Shown one piece after another: positions 1 through 14,157 of a DNA stretch of 64,000 nucleotides (the first letter of the stretch is position 1; each line of letters opens with the position of its first letter). Made by a program: the position numbers and the translations under genes. Source of the stretch: the human T2T-CHM13v2.0 reference genome, Homo sapiens; assembly GCF_009914755.1 (NCBI RefSeq), contig NC_060945.1. One strand, given 5' to 3'. The notes beneath the pieces are model-generated. The model had not been told where the DNA came from. It did no database searches and saw only the letters and a list, made by a program, of their open reading frames with translations.

Positions 1-285
1 TCTGCACTCCAATCCACTACTCTAAATTCCATTCTGATGCACTCCACTGCACTCCGTTTCATTTTGTTCCGTTCTGTTCCATTCTGTTCCGTTCTGTTCC
101 ATTCTTTTCTGTTCCATTGCATTCCACTCCATTCCATTCAACTACACTCCATTCCACTCCACTCCACTCCATTCCATTCCGTTCCATTCCACTCTCTTCC
201 ACTCCGTTCCACTCCATTCCATTCCACTCCACTCCATTCAATTCCATTCTACTCCATTCCATTCCACTCCATTATTTCAATTGGC

Positions 286-334
286 TCTCACTCTGTCACC
301 CAGACTGGAATGCAGTGGCACAGTCTTACCTCAC
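286..334 (-). mobile_element. Alu 3'-end remnant in HSat3, copy 1
   Basis: tctcactctgtcacccagactggaatgcagtggcacagtcttacctcac matches antisense Alu TCTCGCTCTGTCGCCCAGGCTGGAGTGCAGTGGCGCGATCTCGGCTCAC with CpG decay; preceded by a T-rich remnant. Confidence 0.85.
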
Positions 335-1606
335 ATTTCGTTTGAGAATTCCATTCCATTCCATTCCATTCCACTTCAGTCCCCTCCACTCCACTCAACT
401 CCACACAACTCCACTCCATTCCATTCCATTCCACTCCACTCCACTCCATTCCATTCCACTCCACTCCATTCCATTTCATTGCATTCCATTCCATTCCACT
501 CCATTCCATTCCACTCCATTCCACTGCACTCCACTTCACTCCACTCTACTCTACTACATTCTATTCCATTCCATTCCACTGCACTCTGATCCACTCCACT
601 CAACTCCACTCCACTCCACTACTCTACACTCTGTTCCATTCCGTTCCATTCCATTCCTTCCATTCTATTCTAATCCATTCCCTTCCTCTCCACTCCATTC
701 CACTCCACTCCATTTCACTCCATTCCACTCCATTTCACTCGACTCAACGGCACTCCATTACATTCCACTTCATTCCATTCCATTCCACCCCATTCCATTC
801 CATTCCATTCCACTCCACTCCCTTCCATTCCACTCCACTCCACTACATTCCACGACACTCCATTCTACTCCATTCCATTCCATTCCATTACGCTTCTCTC
901 CATTCCACTAAATTCCATTCCATTCCTTTCTACTGCACTTTTATCCACTCCACACAGCTCCACTCCACTCCACTCTGTTCCCTTCTGATCAATTCCATTC
1001 CATTGCATTCCATTCCGTTCCATTCCATTCCATTCCATTCCACTCCACTCGACTCCATTCCATTCCACTCCATTCTACTCCATTCCACTCCACTCCACTC
1101 CACGCCAGTCCACTCCACTGCACTCCACTCCACTCCATTCCATTCCATTTCACTGCACTCCAATCCACTCCACTCAACTCCACTCCAATTCACTCCACTA
1201 CGTTCCGTTCCATTCCATTCCATTCCATTCCATTCCATTCCACTCCATTCCATTCCACTCCATTTCACTCCATTACACTCCATTCCACTCCACTACACTC
1301 CCCTCCCTTCCATTTCACTCCATTCCATTCCATTCCACTCCATTCCATTCCATTCCATTCCATTCCATTCCATTCCATTCCATTCCTTTCCATTCCTCTC
1401 CACTCCACTCCTTTCCACTCCACTACACCCCATTCCACTCCACTCCACTCCATTCCACTTCTATCCATTCCACTCCACTCCGTTACATTCTACTCCACCT
1501 CATGTCATTCCACTCCATTCCATTCCACTCCATTCCACTCCACTCCACTCCTCTCCATTCCATTCTTCTTTACTCTATTCCATTCCATTCCTTTATTTCG
1601 ATTGGA

Positions 1607-1655
1607 TCTCACTCTGTCACCCAGACTGGAGTGCAGTGGCACAATCTTAGCGCAC
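1607..1655 (-). mobile_element. Alu 3'-end remnant in HSat3, copy 2
   Basis: tctcactctgtcacccagactggagtgcagtggcacaatcttagcgcac. Confidence 0.88.
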
Positions 1656-2450
1656 ATTACATTTCATCTTTCCATTCCATGGCATTCCATTCCATTCCAT
1701 TCTATTATATTCTACTCCACTCCACTCCACTCCATTCCATTCCACTCCACCCCTTTCCTTTCCTTTCCTTTCCTTTCAATTCCACTCCTTTCCATTCCAT
1801 TCCATTCCATTCCACTTCACTCCAAACCACTCCAGTCATATCCTCTCCACTCCACTACGTTCCATTCCGTTCAACTCCATTCTCGTCCATTCCATTCCGT
1901 TTCATTCCATTCCATTCCATTCCAATCCAGTCCATTGCATTCCACTCGATTCCACTCCAATTCACTCAACTCCACTCCATTCCATTCCATTCCATTCCAT
2001 TCCATTCCACTGCACTCCCACCCCCTCCACACAACTCCACTTCACTGCACTCCACTCCACTCCGTTTCATTGTGTTCTATTCCATTCCTTTCCGTTCCAT
2101 TCCATTACATTCGATTCCAATCCACTACATTCCAATCCACTACATTCCACTCCATTCCATTCCATTCCACTCCACTCCACTCCATTCCAATCCACTCCTC
2201 TCCATTCCACTCCACTCCACTCCATTCCACTGCATTCCATTCCATTCCACTCCTTTCAGTTCCATTCCTTTCCACTCCAATCCAATCCGTTATACTACAA
2301 TCCATTCCACTCCACTTCCATTCCACTCTGTTATACTGCAATCCATTCCACTCCACTTCCATTCCTCTCCACTCCACTCCCTGCCACTCCATTCCACTCT
2401 ACTCCATTCCATTCTACTCCATTCCATTCCTTTCCTTTATGTCGACTGGA

Positions 2451-2499
2451 TCTCACTCTGTCACCCAGAGCAGAGTGCAGTGGCACTGTCTTAGCTCAC
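2451..2499 (-). mobile_element. Alu 3'-end remnant in HSat3, copy 3
   Basis: tctcactctgtcacccagagcagagtgcagtggcactgtcttagctcac. Confidence 0.86.
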
Positions 2500-3051
2500 A
2501 TTTCATTTCACCATTCCATTCCATTTCATTCCACTCCACTCCACTCCACTCCACTGAACTCTGTTCCATTCCATACCATTCCATTCCACGCCACTCCATA
2601 CCACTCCATTCCACACCAGTCCACTCCACTCCATTCCACGCCACTCCACTCCACTAAACACCAGTCCACTCCACTCCATTCCCTTACATCCAATCGATTC
2701 CTTTCCTTTCCAGTCCATTCCACTGCACTCCAATACATTGTATGCAACTCCACTCCACTCCACTCTGTTCCATTCTGTTCCATTTCGTTCCATTCTGTTC
2801 CATTCCATTCCAATCAATTCCATTCCACTCCACTCCACTACACTCCAATCCATTTCACTCCGTTCCACTCCATTCCACTCCGCTTTACTAAACTGCTTTT
2901 TATTCCACTCCATTCCACTCCATTCCAATCCACTCCATTCCACTCTATTCCATTCTACTCCACACTACTCCATTCCACTCCATTTCAATCCACTGCACTC
3001 CATGCCATTCCATTCTACTCTGTTCCATTGCATTCCTTTATTTCGACTGGA

Positions 3052-3100
3052 TCTCACTCTGTCACCCAGACTGGAGTGCAGTGGCTCAATCTGAGCACAC
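3052..3100 (-). mobile_element. Alu 3'-end remnant in HSat3, copy 4
   Basis: tctcactctgtcacccagactggagtgcagtggctcaatctgagcacac. Confidence 0.86.
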
Positions 3101-4308
3101 ATTTCATTTCACCAATCCATTTCATTCTTTTCCAATCCTTTCCATTCCATTCCACTCCAATCCACTCCAGTCCTCTCCATTCCTCTACACTCCTTTCCAT
3201 TGTCTTCCATTTCACTCCACGGCAATACGATCCATTCCACTCAAAACCACTGCAGTCCACTGTGCTCAATTCCGTTCCGTTACTTTCCATTCCATTCCAT
3301 TCCATTTCATTCCATTCCATTCCATTCCATTCCATTCCATTCCATTCCATTCCACTCCATTCCACTGCATTCCACTCCATTCCATTCCACTCCCTTCCAC
3401 TATATTCCACTCCACTCCGTTCCACTCCACTACACTCCACTGCCCTCCATTCCATTCCATTCCATTCTTTTCCATTCCATTCCATTCCATTCTTTTCCAT
3501 TCCATTCCATTCCTTTCCATTCCATTCTATTCCACTCCACTGCAGTTCTTTCAATTTTGTTCCAGTGCTTTCCTTTATGTTCCATTCCACTCCATTCCTT
3601 TCCACTCCACTCCTTTCCACTCCTCTCCATTTCACTCCATTCCACTCCATTCACCTCAACTCCGCTCCACTCCACTGCACTCCACTCCAATCCCTTCCAT
3701 TCCACCCCATTCCATTACATTCCATTCCACTCCTTTCCATTACATTCCACTACTTTCCACTTCATTCCACGCCATTCCCCTCCACAGCATTCCACTCCAC
3801 TCCCTTCCAATCCACTCCACTCCATTCCATTCCATTCCACTCCATTCCATTCCATTCCAATCCATTCCACTTCAATCCACTTCACTCCAATCTACTCCAT
3901 TCCATTCCATTCCACTCCATTCCATTCCATTCCACTCCATTCCATTCCTTTCCAATCCATTCCACTTGAATCCATTCCACTCCATTCCACTTGAATCCAT
4001 TCCACTCCATTCCACTCCATTCCATTCCACTCCACTCTATCCCATTCCATTCCACTCCACTCCATTCCATTCCATTCAATTCCACTCCATTCCATTCCAT
4101 TCCAATCCATTCCACTTCAATCCACTTCACTCCATTCCACTCCATTCCATTGCATTCCACTCCATTCCATTCCTTTCCAATCCATTCCACTTCAATCTAT
4201 TCCACTCCATTCCATTCCATTCCACTCCATTCCCTTCCATTCCATTCCACTCCACTCCATTCCATTCCTTTCTACTCCATTCCATTCAATTCCTTTATTT
4301 CGATTGGA

Positions 4309-4357
4309 TCTCACTCTCTCACCCAGATTGGAGAGCAGTGGCACAAACTAAGCTCAT
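4309..4357 (-). mobile_element. Alu 3'-end remnant in HSat3, copy 5
   Basis: tctcactctctcacccagattggagagcagtggcacaaactaagctcat. Confidence 0.84.
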
Positions 4358-5162
4358 GTTTCATTTCACCATTCCATTCCATTCCATTCCATTCCATTCC
4401 ACTGCACTCTGATCCACTCCACTCCACTCCACTCCACTTTAATCCACTAAGTTCAATTCCGTTCCCTTCCATTCTGTTCTGTTCCGTTCCCTACCCGACC
4501 ATTCTATTCCACTCCACTCCATTCCACCTCACTCCATTTCTCTGCATTACACTCCATTCCATTCCACTCCACTGTACTCCACACCCCTCCACTCCGTTCC
4601 ATTGTATTCCATTACACTCCATTCCATTCCACTGCATTCCATTCCATTTCATTCCATTCTACTCCACTCCATTCCATTCTACTCCACTCCAGTCCATTCC
4701 ACTCCACTCCACTGCACTCTGCTCCACTCCAATCAACTCCATTCCACTCCACTGCACTAAACTCCACTCCAGTCCACTTCATTCCCTTCCATTTCATTCC
4801 ACTACACTCCACTCCATTCCAGTCCACTCCACTCCACTCCACTCCATTCCATTCCATTCCATTCCATTACACTCCACTCCATTCCACTCCACTCCATTCC
4901 ATTCCACTCCATTCCACTCCATTCCATTCCATTCCATCCCATTCCACTGTATTCCAATCCACTCCATTTCACCTCAATCCATTCCACTTCACTCCACTCC
5001 ATTCACTCCACTCCATTTCCTTCCACTCTTCCATTCCATTCTATTCCACTCCATTCCACTCCATTCCACTCCACTCCACTCCATTCCACTCCATTCCATA
5101 CCATTTTATTCCATTCCATTCCATTCTACTCCATTCCATTCCATTCCTCTATTTCGATTGGA

Positions 5163-5211
5163 TCTCACTCTGTCACCCAGACTTGTGTGCAGTGGCACAA
5201 TCTTAGCTCAC
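5163..5211 (-). mobile_element. Alu 3'-end remnant in HSat3, copy 6
   Basis: tctcactctgtcacccagacttgtgtgcagtggcacaatcttagctcac. Confidence 0.86.
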
Positions 5212-6274
5212 CTTACATTTCACCATTCCATTCCATTCCATTCCATTCCATTCCATTCCATTCCATTCCATTCCAATCCATGGAAATCCACTCCACTCCA
5301 CTCCACTCCGCTCCACTCCTTTCTATTCCACTCCACCTCGTTCCATTCCATTCTATTCCTTTCCATTTCATTCCATTCCATTCCACTGCACTCCGATCCA
5401 CTTCACTCCATTCAACTCCACTCCATTCCACTCCACTACTTTCCATTCCATTCCATTTCATTCTGTTCCATTCCATTCCATTCTGTTCCATTCCATTCCA
5501 TTCAACTCAACTCCATTCCGTTCCCCTGCATTCCACTCCAATTCACTCCACTCCACTCCATTCCATTCCATACCATTCCATTCCACTGCACTCCTATCCA
5601 CTCCACACAACTCCACTCCACTGCACTCCACTCCACTCCGTTCCATTCCATTCCGTTCCATTTTATTTCTTTCCATTCCATTCCTCTCCATTCCACTCCA
5701 CTTCACTCCACTCCACTCCACTCCATTCCATTCCATTCCATTCCATTCCATTCCATTGCACACCAGTCCCTTCCATTCCATTCCATTCCTTTCCACTCCA
5801 CTCGACTGCAGTCCGTTCAATTAGGTTCCAATCCTTTGCTTTCCATTCCATTCCACTCCATTCCGTTCCACTCCACTCCTTTCTACTCCTCTCTTTTTCA
5901 CTCTATTCCACTCCATTCCACTCTACTCTGCTCCACTGTACTTTACTCCACTCCAATCCACTCCATTCCATTCCATTCCATTCCATTCCATTCCACTGCA
6001 CTCCGATACCCTCCACGCAACTCCACTCCACTCCACTCTTTTCCATTCCGTTCCATTCTGTTCTGTTCTGTTCCATTCCATTCCATGCCATTCAATTCCA
6101 CTCCACTCAACACAATTTCACTCCATTCCACTCCATTCCACTATAGTCTACTGAACTCCATTCCATTCCACTCCATTCCAAACCACTCCACTCCATTCCA
6201 CTCCATTCCATTTCACTCCACTCTATTCAATTCCATTCTACTCCATTCCATTGCATTCCTTTGTTTCTTCTGGA

Positions 6275-6323
6275 TCTCACTCTGTCACCCAGACTGGAGT
6301 TCAGTGGCACAATCTTAGAACAC
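6275..6323 (-). mobile_element. Alu 3'-end remnant in HSat3, copy 7
   Basis: tctcactctgtcacccagactggagttcagtggcacaatcttagaacac. Confidence 0.86.
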
Positions 6324-7057
6324 ATTACATTTCACCATTCCATTTCATTCCATTCCATTCCTTTCCATTCCACTCCACTCCACTCAACTCCTCTCCATTC
6401 CTGTGCACACCTTTCTATTCCATTCCATTCCATTCTACGGTAATCCAATCCATTCTAATCAACACCACTCCACTCCACTCTGCTCCACTCCGTTCCATTC
6501 CATTCCATTTCATTCCATTCCATTCCATTCCATTGCATTCCATTCCATACTATTCCTTTCCATTCCATTCCATTCCATTCCATTCCACTCTACTCAAATT
6601 CCATTCCACTCCATTCCACTCCACTCCACTACACTCCACTGCAATCCATTCCATTCCATTCCACTGCAAACCACTCCTTTCCATTCCATTCCATTCCATT
6701 CCTTTCCAGTCCTTTACTTTCCATACCATTCCACTCCATTCCATTCCACTCCACTCCTTTCCACTCTTCTCCATTTCACTCCATTCCACTCCATTACACT
6801 CCAGTCCGCTCCACTCCACTCCAATCCACTCCACTACACTCCAGTCCGCTCCACTCCACTCCACTCCACTCCATTCCACTCCATTCCATTCCACTCCAGT
6901 CCATTCCATTCCATTCCATTGCACTCCATTCCATTGCACTCCATTCCATTCCATTCCACTCCATTCCACTCCATTCCAATCCATTCCACTTCAATCCAAT
7001 CCACTACATTCCTTTCGTTTCTACTCCATTTCATTCCATTCATTTATTTCGACTGGA

Positions 7058-7106
7058 TCTCACTCTGTCATCCAGACTGGAGAGCAGTGGCAATATCTTA
7101 GCTCAC
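7058..7106 (-). mobile_element. Alu 3'-end remnant in HSat3, copy 8
   Basis: tctcactctgtcatccagactggagagcagtggcaatatcttagctcac. Confidence 0.85.
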
Positions 7107-7928
7107 ATTTCATTTCAGCATTCCATTCCATTCCATTCCAATCTATTCCACTCCATTCCATTCCATTGCATTCCATTCCACTGCACTCCCATCCACTCCA
7201 CTCAACTCCACTCCACTCCAGTGCACTAAGCTCAATTCCGTTCCCTTCCATTCGGTTGCTTTCCATTCTATACCCAACCATTCTATTCCACTCCACTCCA
7301 TTCCACTCCACTCCACTTCTCTCCATTCCCCTCAATTCCATTCCACTCCACTCCACTCCACTCCATTTCTTTCCATTCCACTCCTTTCCATTCCATGGCA
7401 TTCCATTCCATTTCATTCTATTCCACTCTACTCCATTCGATTCCACTCCATTCCAGTCCATTCCACTCCACTCCACTCCACTCTGCTCCACTCCAGTCAA
7501 CTCCATTCCACTCCACTCCACTTCATTCCATTCCATTCCATTCCATTCCACTGCAGTCCGATCCACTCCACCCAATTCCACTCCACTCCAACCATTCCAT
7601 TCCATTCCGTTCCATTCTATTCCGTTCTGTTCCGTTCCATTCCATTCTACACCATTCCATTCCACTCCACTCCACTCAACTTGACTCCACTCCATTCCAT
7701 TCCACTCCATTCCACTGCATTCCAATCCACTCCATTCCACCTCAATCCGTTCCTCTCCACTCCTCTCTATTCCATTCCTCTCCATTACATTCCACTCCAT
7801 TCCATTCCATTCCACCCCATTACACACCATTCCAATCCACTCCACTCCATTCCAATCCATCCAATTCCATTTTATTCCATTCCATTCCATTCTACTTTAT
7901 TCCATTCCATTCCCTTATTTCAATCGGA

Positions 7929-7977
7929 TCTCACTCTGTCACCGAGACTGGAGTGCAGTGGCACAATCTTAGCATAC
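7929..7977 (-). mobile_element. Alu 3'-end remnant in HSat3, copy 9
   Basis: tctcactctgtcaccgagactggagtgcagtggcacaatcttagcatac. Confidence 0.86.
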
Positions 7978-8674
7978 ACTACATTTCACCATTCCATTCC
8001 ATTCTTTTCCATTCCATTCCATTCCACTCCACTCCTCTCCACTCCACTCAATTCTGTTCCATTCCATTCCATTCCATCCAATTCCATTCCATTCCATTCT
8101 GTTCCATTCCATTCCATTCCATTCCATTCCATTCCATTCCATTCCATTGCCTTGCATTGCATTCCTTTCCATTGCATTCCATTCCTTTCCATTCCATTCC
8201 ATTCCATTCCACTGCACTCCGGTCCAATCCACTCCACTCCACTACGTTCAGTTCCGTTCCATTCAATTCTGTTCCATTCCATTCCGTTCCATTCTGTTCC
8301 ATTCCTTTCCACTCCCCTCCATACCATTCCACTCTATTCTACTCCACTTCACTCCACTCCACTCCACTCCACTCCACCCCATTCCATTCCATACCATTTC
8401 ATTCCGCTGCACTCCCATCCACTCCACACAACTCCACTCCACTCTGTTCCATTCTGTTCTGTTCCGTACCTTTCCATTCCATTCCACATCATTCCATTCC
8501 AATGCAGTCCATTCCACTCCACTCCATTCCACTCCGTTATACAGCAATCCATTCCACTCCACTCCATTCCACTCCACTCCACTCCATGCCCCACCATTCC
8601 CTTCCACTGCACTCCACTCCACTCCATTCCATTCCATTCTACTCCATTCCATTCCATTCCTTACTTCGACTGGG

Positions 8675-8723
8675 TCTCACTCTGTCACTCAGACAGGAAT
8701 GCAGTGGCACAATCATAGTTCAC
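8675..8723 (-). mobile_element. Alu 3'-end remnant in HSat3, copy 10 (most AluJ-like)
   Basis: gactggg-tctcactctgtcactcagacaggaatgcagtggcacaatcatagttcac; GGGTCTC and ATCATAG resemble AluJ/FLAM. Confidence 0.84.
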
Positions 8724-9762
8724 ATTTCATTTCACCGTTCCAGTCCATTCCATTCCAGTTCATTCCATTCCACTCCAGTCCACTCTACTCCACTCCACTC
8801 TACTCCACTCCACTCAACTCCACTGCACTCCACTCAACTCCATTCTGTTCCGTTCCATTCCTTTCCTTTCCATTGCATTGCATTCCTTTCCATTCCATTC
8901 CATTCCACTCCACTCCACTCCATTCCACTCCGTACCTTCACATTCCACTCCAGTCCTCTCCACTCCACTCTACTACACTCCATTCCACTCCACCACATTA
9001 AACTTCACTCCACTACACTCCATTCCATTCCATTCCATTCCACTGTACTGCGACACACTCCACTCAATTCCAATCCACTCAACTCCACTACACTCCGTTC
9101 CATTCCATTCCATTCTGTTCTATTCCATTCAACTCCATTACACTCCACTGCACTCCACTCCACTCCATTTCACTCCATTCCACTCCATTCCACTGCACTC
9201 CACTCCACTAAACTCTATTCCATTCCACTCCATTTCAGTACATTCCATTCCACTCCATTCCACTCCACTCCATTCCTCTCGATTCCATTCCATTCCTCTC
9301 CATTCCACTCCATTCCACTCCACTCCAATTCCACTCCATTCCACTCCACTCCACTCCACTAAACTCCATTCCATTCCACTCCATGTCAGTCCATTCCACT
9401 CTACTGCATTGCACTACACTCCATTCCATTCCTCTCAATTCCATTCCTTTCCACTCCACTCCATTCCACTCCACTCCACTAAACGCCACTCCACTTCACT
9501 AAACTCCACTCCTCTCGACTCCATACCATTCCATTACATTCCATTACATTCCACTGCAGTCCGATCCACTCCAATCAACTCCACTCCACTCTATTCCACT
9601 TTGTTCCATTCCGTTCTGTTCTGTTCCGTTCTACTGCACTCCATTCCATTCCACTCCACTCTAATCCACTCTACTCCACTCCTTTCCTCTCCGTTACATT
9701 CCACATCACTCCATTCCATTGCATTTTACTCCATTCCGTTCCATTCCTTTATTTAGACTGTA

Positions 9763-9811
9763 TCTCACTTTGTCACCCGTACTGGAGTGCAGTGGCACAA
9801 TCTTAGCTCAC
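9763..9811 (-). mobile_element. Alu 3'-end remnant in HSat3, copy 11
   Basis: tctcactttgtcacccgtactggagtgcagtggcacaatcttagctcac. Confidence 0.86.
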
Positions 9812-10712
9812 GTTTCATTTCACCATTCCATTTCATTCCATTCCAATCCTTTCCATTCCACTCCGTTCCACTCCACTCCACTGCACTCCAATCTGCTGCA
9901 CTCCACTCCATTCCACTCCACTCCACTGCACTCCAATCCATTCCATTTCACTCTATGCCACTGCTTTCCATTACATTGCATTCCATTTCAATCCTCTCCA
10001 TTCCAATCCATTCCACTCCACTCCAATCCACTCCACTCCACTCCACTTCATTCCATTCCATTCCATTCCATTCCCTTCCACTCCACACCATTCCATTTTA
10101 CTCCACTCCCCTCTACTCCACTCCATTCCATTAAATTCCATTCCACTCCTCTTCATTCCATTCGATTTCATTCCATTCCATTACATTCCAGTCCACAGCA
10201 CTCCTATACACTCCACACCACTCCACTCCACACTACTCCACTCCATTCCATTCCTCTCCACTCCACTCCATTCCATTCCATTCCATTCCATTCCATTCCA
10301 TTCTACTCCACTGCATTCCATTCCATTCCACTCCACTGAAGTCCACCCACTCCATTTCACTCCATTCCACTTCCATCCACTCCATTCCACTCCATTCCAT
10401 TCCACTCCACTCCATTCCATTCCATTTCATTCCATTCCTTTCAATCCCACTCCATTCCACTCCATTTCACTCCACTCCTTCCACTCCTTTCCATTCCACT
10501 ACACTACATTCTCCTCCTTTCCATTCCATTCCTCTCCCTTCCATACCATTCCTTTCCACTCCATTCCACTCCACTCAATTCCATTCCACTCCATTCAATT
10601 CCATTCCACTCCATTACACTCTATTCCACTCTATTCCACTCCATTCCATTCCACTCTTCTCCCTTCCATGAAATTCTACTCCATTGTATTCCATTCCTTT
10701 ATTTCGACTGGA

Positions 10713-10761
10713 TCTCACTCTGTGACCCAGACTGGAGTGCAGTGACAGAATTTTAGCTCAC
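10713..10761 (-). mobile_element. Alu 3'-end remnant in HSat3, copy 12
   Basis: tctcactctgtgacccagactggagtgcagtgacagaattttagctcac. Confidence 0.85.
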
Positions 10762-13687
10762 ATTTCATTTCACCATTCCATTCCGTTCCATTTCATTCCA
10801 TTCTATTCCATTCCATTCCATTACACTCCAATCCACTCCACTCCACTCCTTTTCATTCCGTCCGACTCCACTCAACTCCCCTCCGCTTCACTCCACTCCA
10901 CTCCATTCCATTCCACTCCACTCCATTCCATTCCACTCCACTCCGTTACTTTCCTTTCCATTCCAGTCCACTGCACTCCAATCCATTCCTCTCAACCTCA
11001 CTCCAGTTCACTGTTTTCCATTCCGTTCCATTCCATTCCGTTCCATTTCATTCCTTTCCACTCCATTCCAATCCACTCCACTCTACTCCACTGCACTCCA
11101 CTCCATTCCATTCCATTCCGTTCCATTCCATTCCACAGCACTCCGATCCACTCCACTGCACTCCAATCCACTCCACTCCATTCCATTCCACTCCATTCCA
11201 TTACACTCCACTTCCCTCCATTTCAATCCACTCCCTTCCATTCCACTTCACTCCACTCCATTTTACTCCACTCCATTCAATTCCACTTCACTCCACTCCA
11301 TTCCACTCCACTCCATTCCATTCCATTCCTTTCCATGCCATTCCATTCCACTCCACTCCATTCCATTCCACTCCATTCCATTCCACTCCATTCCATTCCA
11401 TTCCATTCCATTCCATTCCATTCCATTCCATGCCATTCCATTCCATGCCATTCCTCTCCACTCCGTTCCACTCCACTCCACATCACTCCACTGGATTCCA
11501 TTTCAGTCCACTCCACTCCATTCCATTCAATTCCATTGCACTCCACTCCATTCCATTGTACTACAGTCCACCCAATTCCATTGTACTACACTCCACTCCA
11601 TCCCATTGTACTACACTCCACTCCATTCCACTGTACTCCACTCCACTCCACTCCACTCCAATCCACTTCGTTCCATTAAATTTCATTCCACTCCACTCCT
11701 TTCCATTTCATTCCATTCCATTCCAGTCCACTGCACTCTGATCCACTCCACTCAACTCCACTCCACTCCACTCCCCTCCACTCCTTTCCATTCCGTTCCA
11801 TTCCACTCCAATCTATTCCATTCCATTTCGTTCCATTCCATTCCATTCCACTGTACTGCATTTCATTCCTCTCCATTCACTCCACTCCACTCCCCTCATT
11901 CCATTCCATTCCATTCCACTGCACTCCAATCAATTCCACTCCACTCCACTCCATTCTATTCCATTCCACTCCATTATATTCCGTTGCACTTCACTCCATT
12001 CCACTCCACTACATTCCATTCCACTCCACTCAATTCCACTCCAATCCACTCCCTTCCGTTCCACTTCACTCAATTCCATTCCACTCCACTCCATTCCATT
12101 CCACTCCACTCCATTCCATTCCATTGCAGCCCATTCCACTCCACTCCATTCCTTTTCATTCCACTCCATTCCATTCCATTCCATTCCATTCCACTCCACT
12201 CCATTCCTGTCCACTCCACTCTACTCCACTCTATTCCCTCCCTCTCCACTCCACTCCACTCCATTCCATTCCATTCCATTCTATTCCATTCCAATCCATT
12301 CCACTGCACTCCATTCCACTCCACTCCAATCTACTCCACTCCACTCCATTCCCTTCCATTTGGTTCCATTCCATTCCTTCCATTCCATTCCACTCCATTC
12401 CTCTCCACTCCACTCCATTCCACTGCATTCTACTCCATTCCCCTCCACTCCACTCCAATGCACTCCACTCCACTCCTTTCCATTCCATTCCATTGCATTC
12501 CACTGCATTCCAATCCACTCCCCTCTACTCCACTACACTCCACTCAACTCCACTCCTTTCCATTCTGTTCCTTTCCGTTCTGTACCGTTTCATTCCATTC
12601 CACTCTATTCCATTCCACTCCACTCCACTCCATTTCACTCCATAGCACTCCATTCCACTGCACTCCACTCCACTCCTCTCCACTCCACTCCACTCCATTC
12701 CATTCCACTCAATTGCATTCCTTTCCATTCCATTCCACTCCATTCCACTAAACTCCATTCCACTCCACTCCACTCCATTATACTATATTCCTCGTCATTC
12801 CATTCTATTCCATTCCATTCCTCTCTATTCCATTTAATTCTTTCCACTCCATTCCACTCCACTCCATTCCACTACACTCCATTCCACTCCACTCCACTCC
12901 ATACCACTCCATTCCATTCCACTCCACTCTATTCCATTTCATTAACTTCCATTCCATTCCATTCCACTACACGCCAGTCCACTCCACTCAACTCACTTCA
13001 CTCCACTCCTTTCCCTTCCATTCCATTCTATTTCATTCCATTCAATTCCATTCCATTCCATTCCACTCCATTCCACTCCACTCCATTCCATTCCATGGCA
13101 TTCTACTCCATTCCACTGCACTCCCTTCCACTCCACTCCATTTTACTCCATTCCATTACTCCACTCCACTCCACTCCATTCCATTCCATTCCGTTCCACT
13201 GCACTCCGATCCACTCCTCTCAACTCCACTCCACTCCACTCTGTTCCATTCCATTCCGTTTCATTCTGTACCATTCTGTTCCATTCCACTCCATTCCATG
13301 CCAGTCCACTCCATTCCATTCCACTCCATTTCACTCCATTCCACTACATTCTACTCCATTCCACCCCATTCCACTTCACTCCATTCCACTCCTCTCCACT
13401 CCACTCCATTCCATTCCACTGATTTGCGTTCCATTCCATTCCACTCATTTCCATTCCATTCCATTCCATTCCTCTCCATTCTACTCCACTCCATTCCATT
13501 ATGCTGCATTCCACTTCATTCCATTCCATTCCATTCGTCTCTATTCCATTTCTTTCCGTTCTGCTCAATTCCACTTTACTCCATCCCAGTACACTCCATT
13601 CCACTCCGTTCCACTGCATTCCATTCCACTCCACCTCATTCCTTTCCACTTTACTCCATTCAATTCCATTGCTTTATTTCGATTGGA

Positions 13688-13736
13688 TGTCACTCTGTCA
13701 CCCAGACTGTATTGCAGTGGCACAATTTTAGCTCAC
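13688..13736 (-). mobile_element. Alu 3'-end remnant in HSat3, copy 13
   Basis: tgtcactctgtcacccagactgtattgcagtggcacaattttagctcac. Confidence 0.84.
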
Positions 13737-14108
13737 ATTACGTTTCACCATTCCATTCCATTCCATTCCATTCCATTCCATTCCATTCCATTCCATTCCA
13801 CTCCACTCCACACCACTCTACTCCACTCCACTCCATTCCATTCCACTCCATTCCATGCCATTTCATTCCATTCCATTCCACTGCACTCCGATCCACTCCA
13901 CTCAACTGCACTACTCTCCACTCCACTTCATTCCTTTACCTTCCATTCCATTCTGTTCCTTTCCATTCCATTCCACTCTACTCCATTCCATTCCCCTCGT
14001 TCCACTCCAGTCCACTGCACTCCACTCCACTCCACTCTGCTCCACTCCACTCCAATCCATTCCCTTCCATTCTACTGCATTCCATTCGATTACTTTATTT
14101 CAATTGGA

Positions 14109-14157
14109 TCTCACTTTGTCAACCAGACTGTAGTGCAGTGGCAAAATCTTAGCTCAC
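14109..14157 (-). mobile_element. Alu 3'-end remnant in HSat3, copy 14
   Basis: tctcactttgtcaaccagactgtagtgcagtggcaaaatcttagctcac. Confidence 0.84.
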
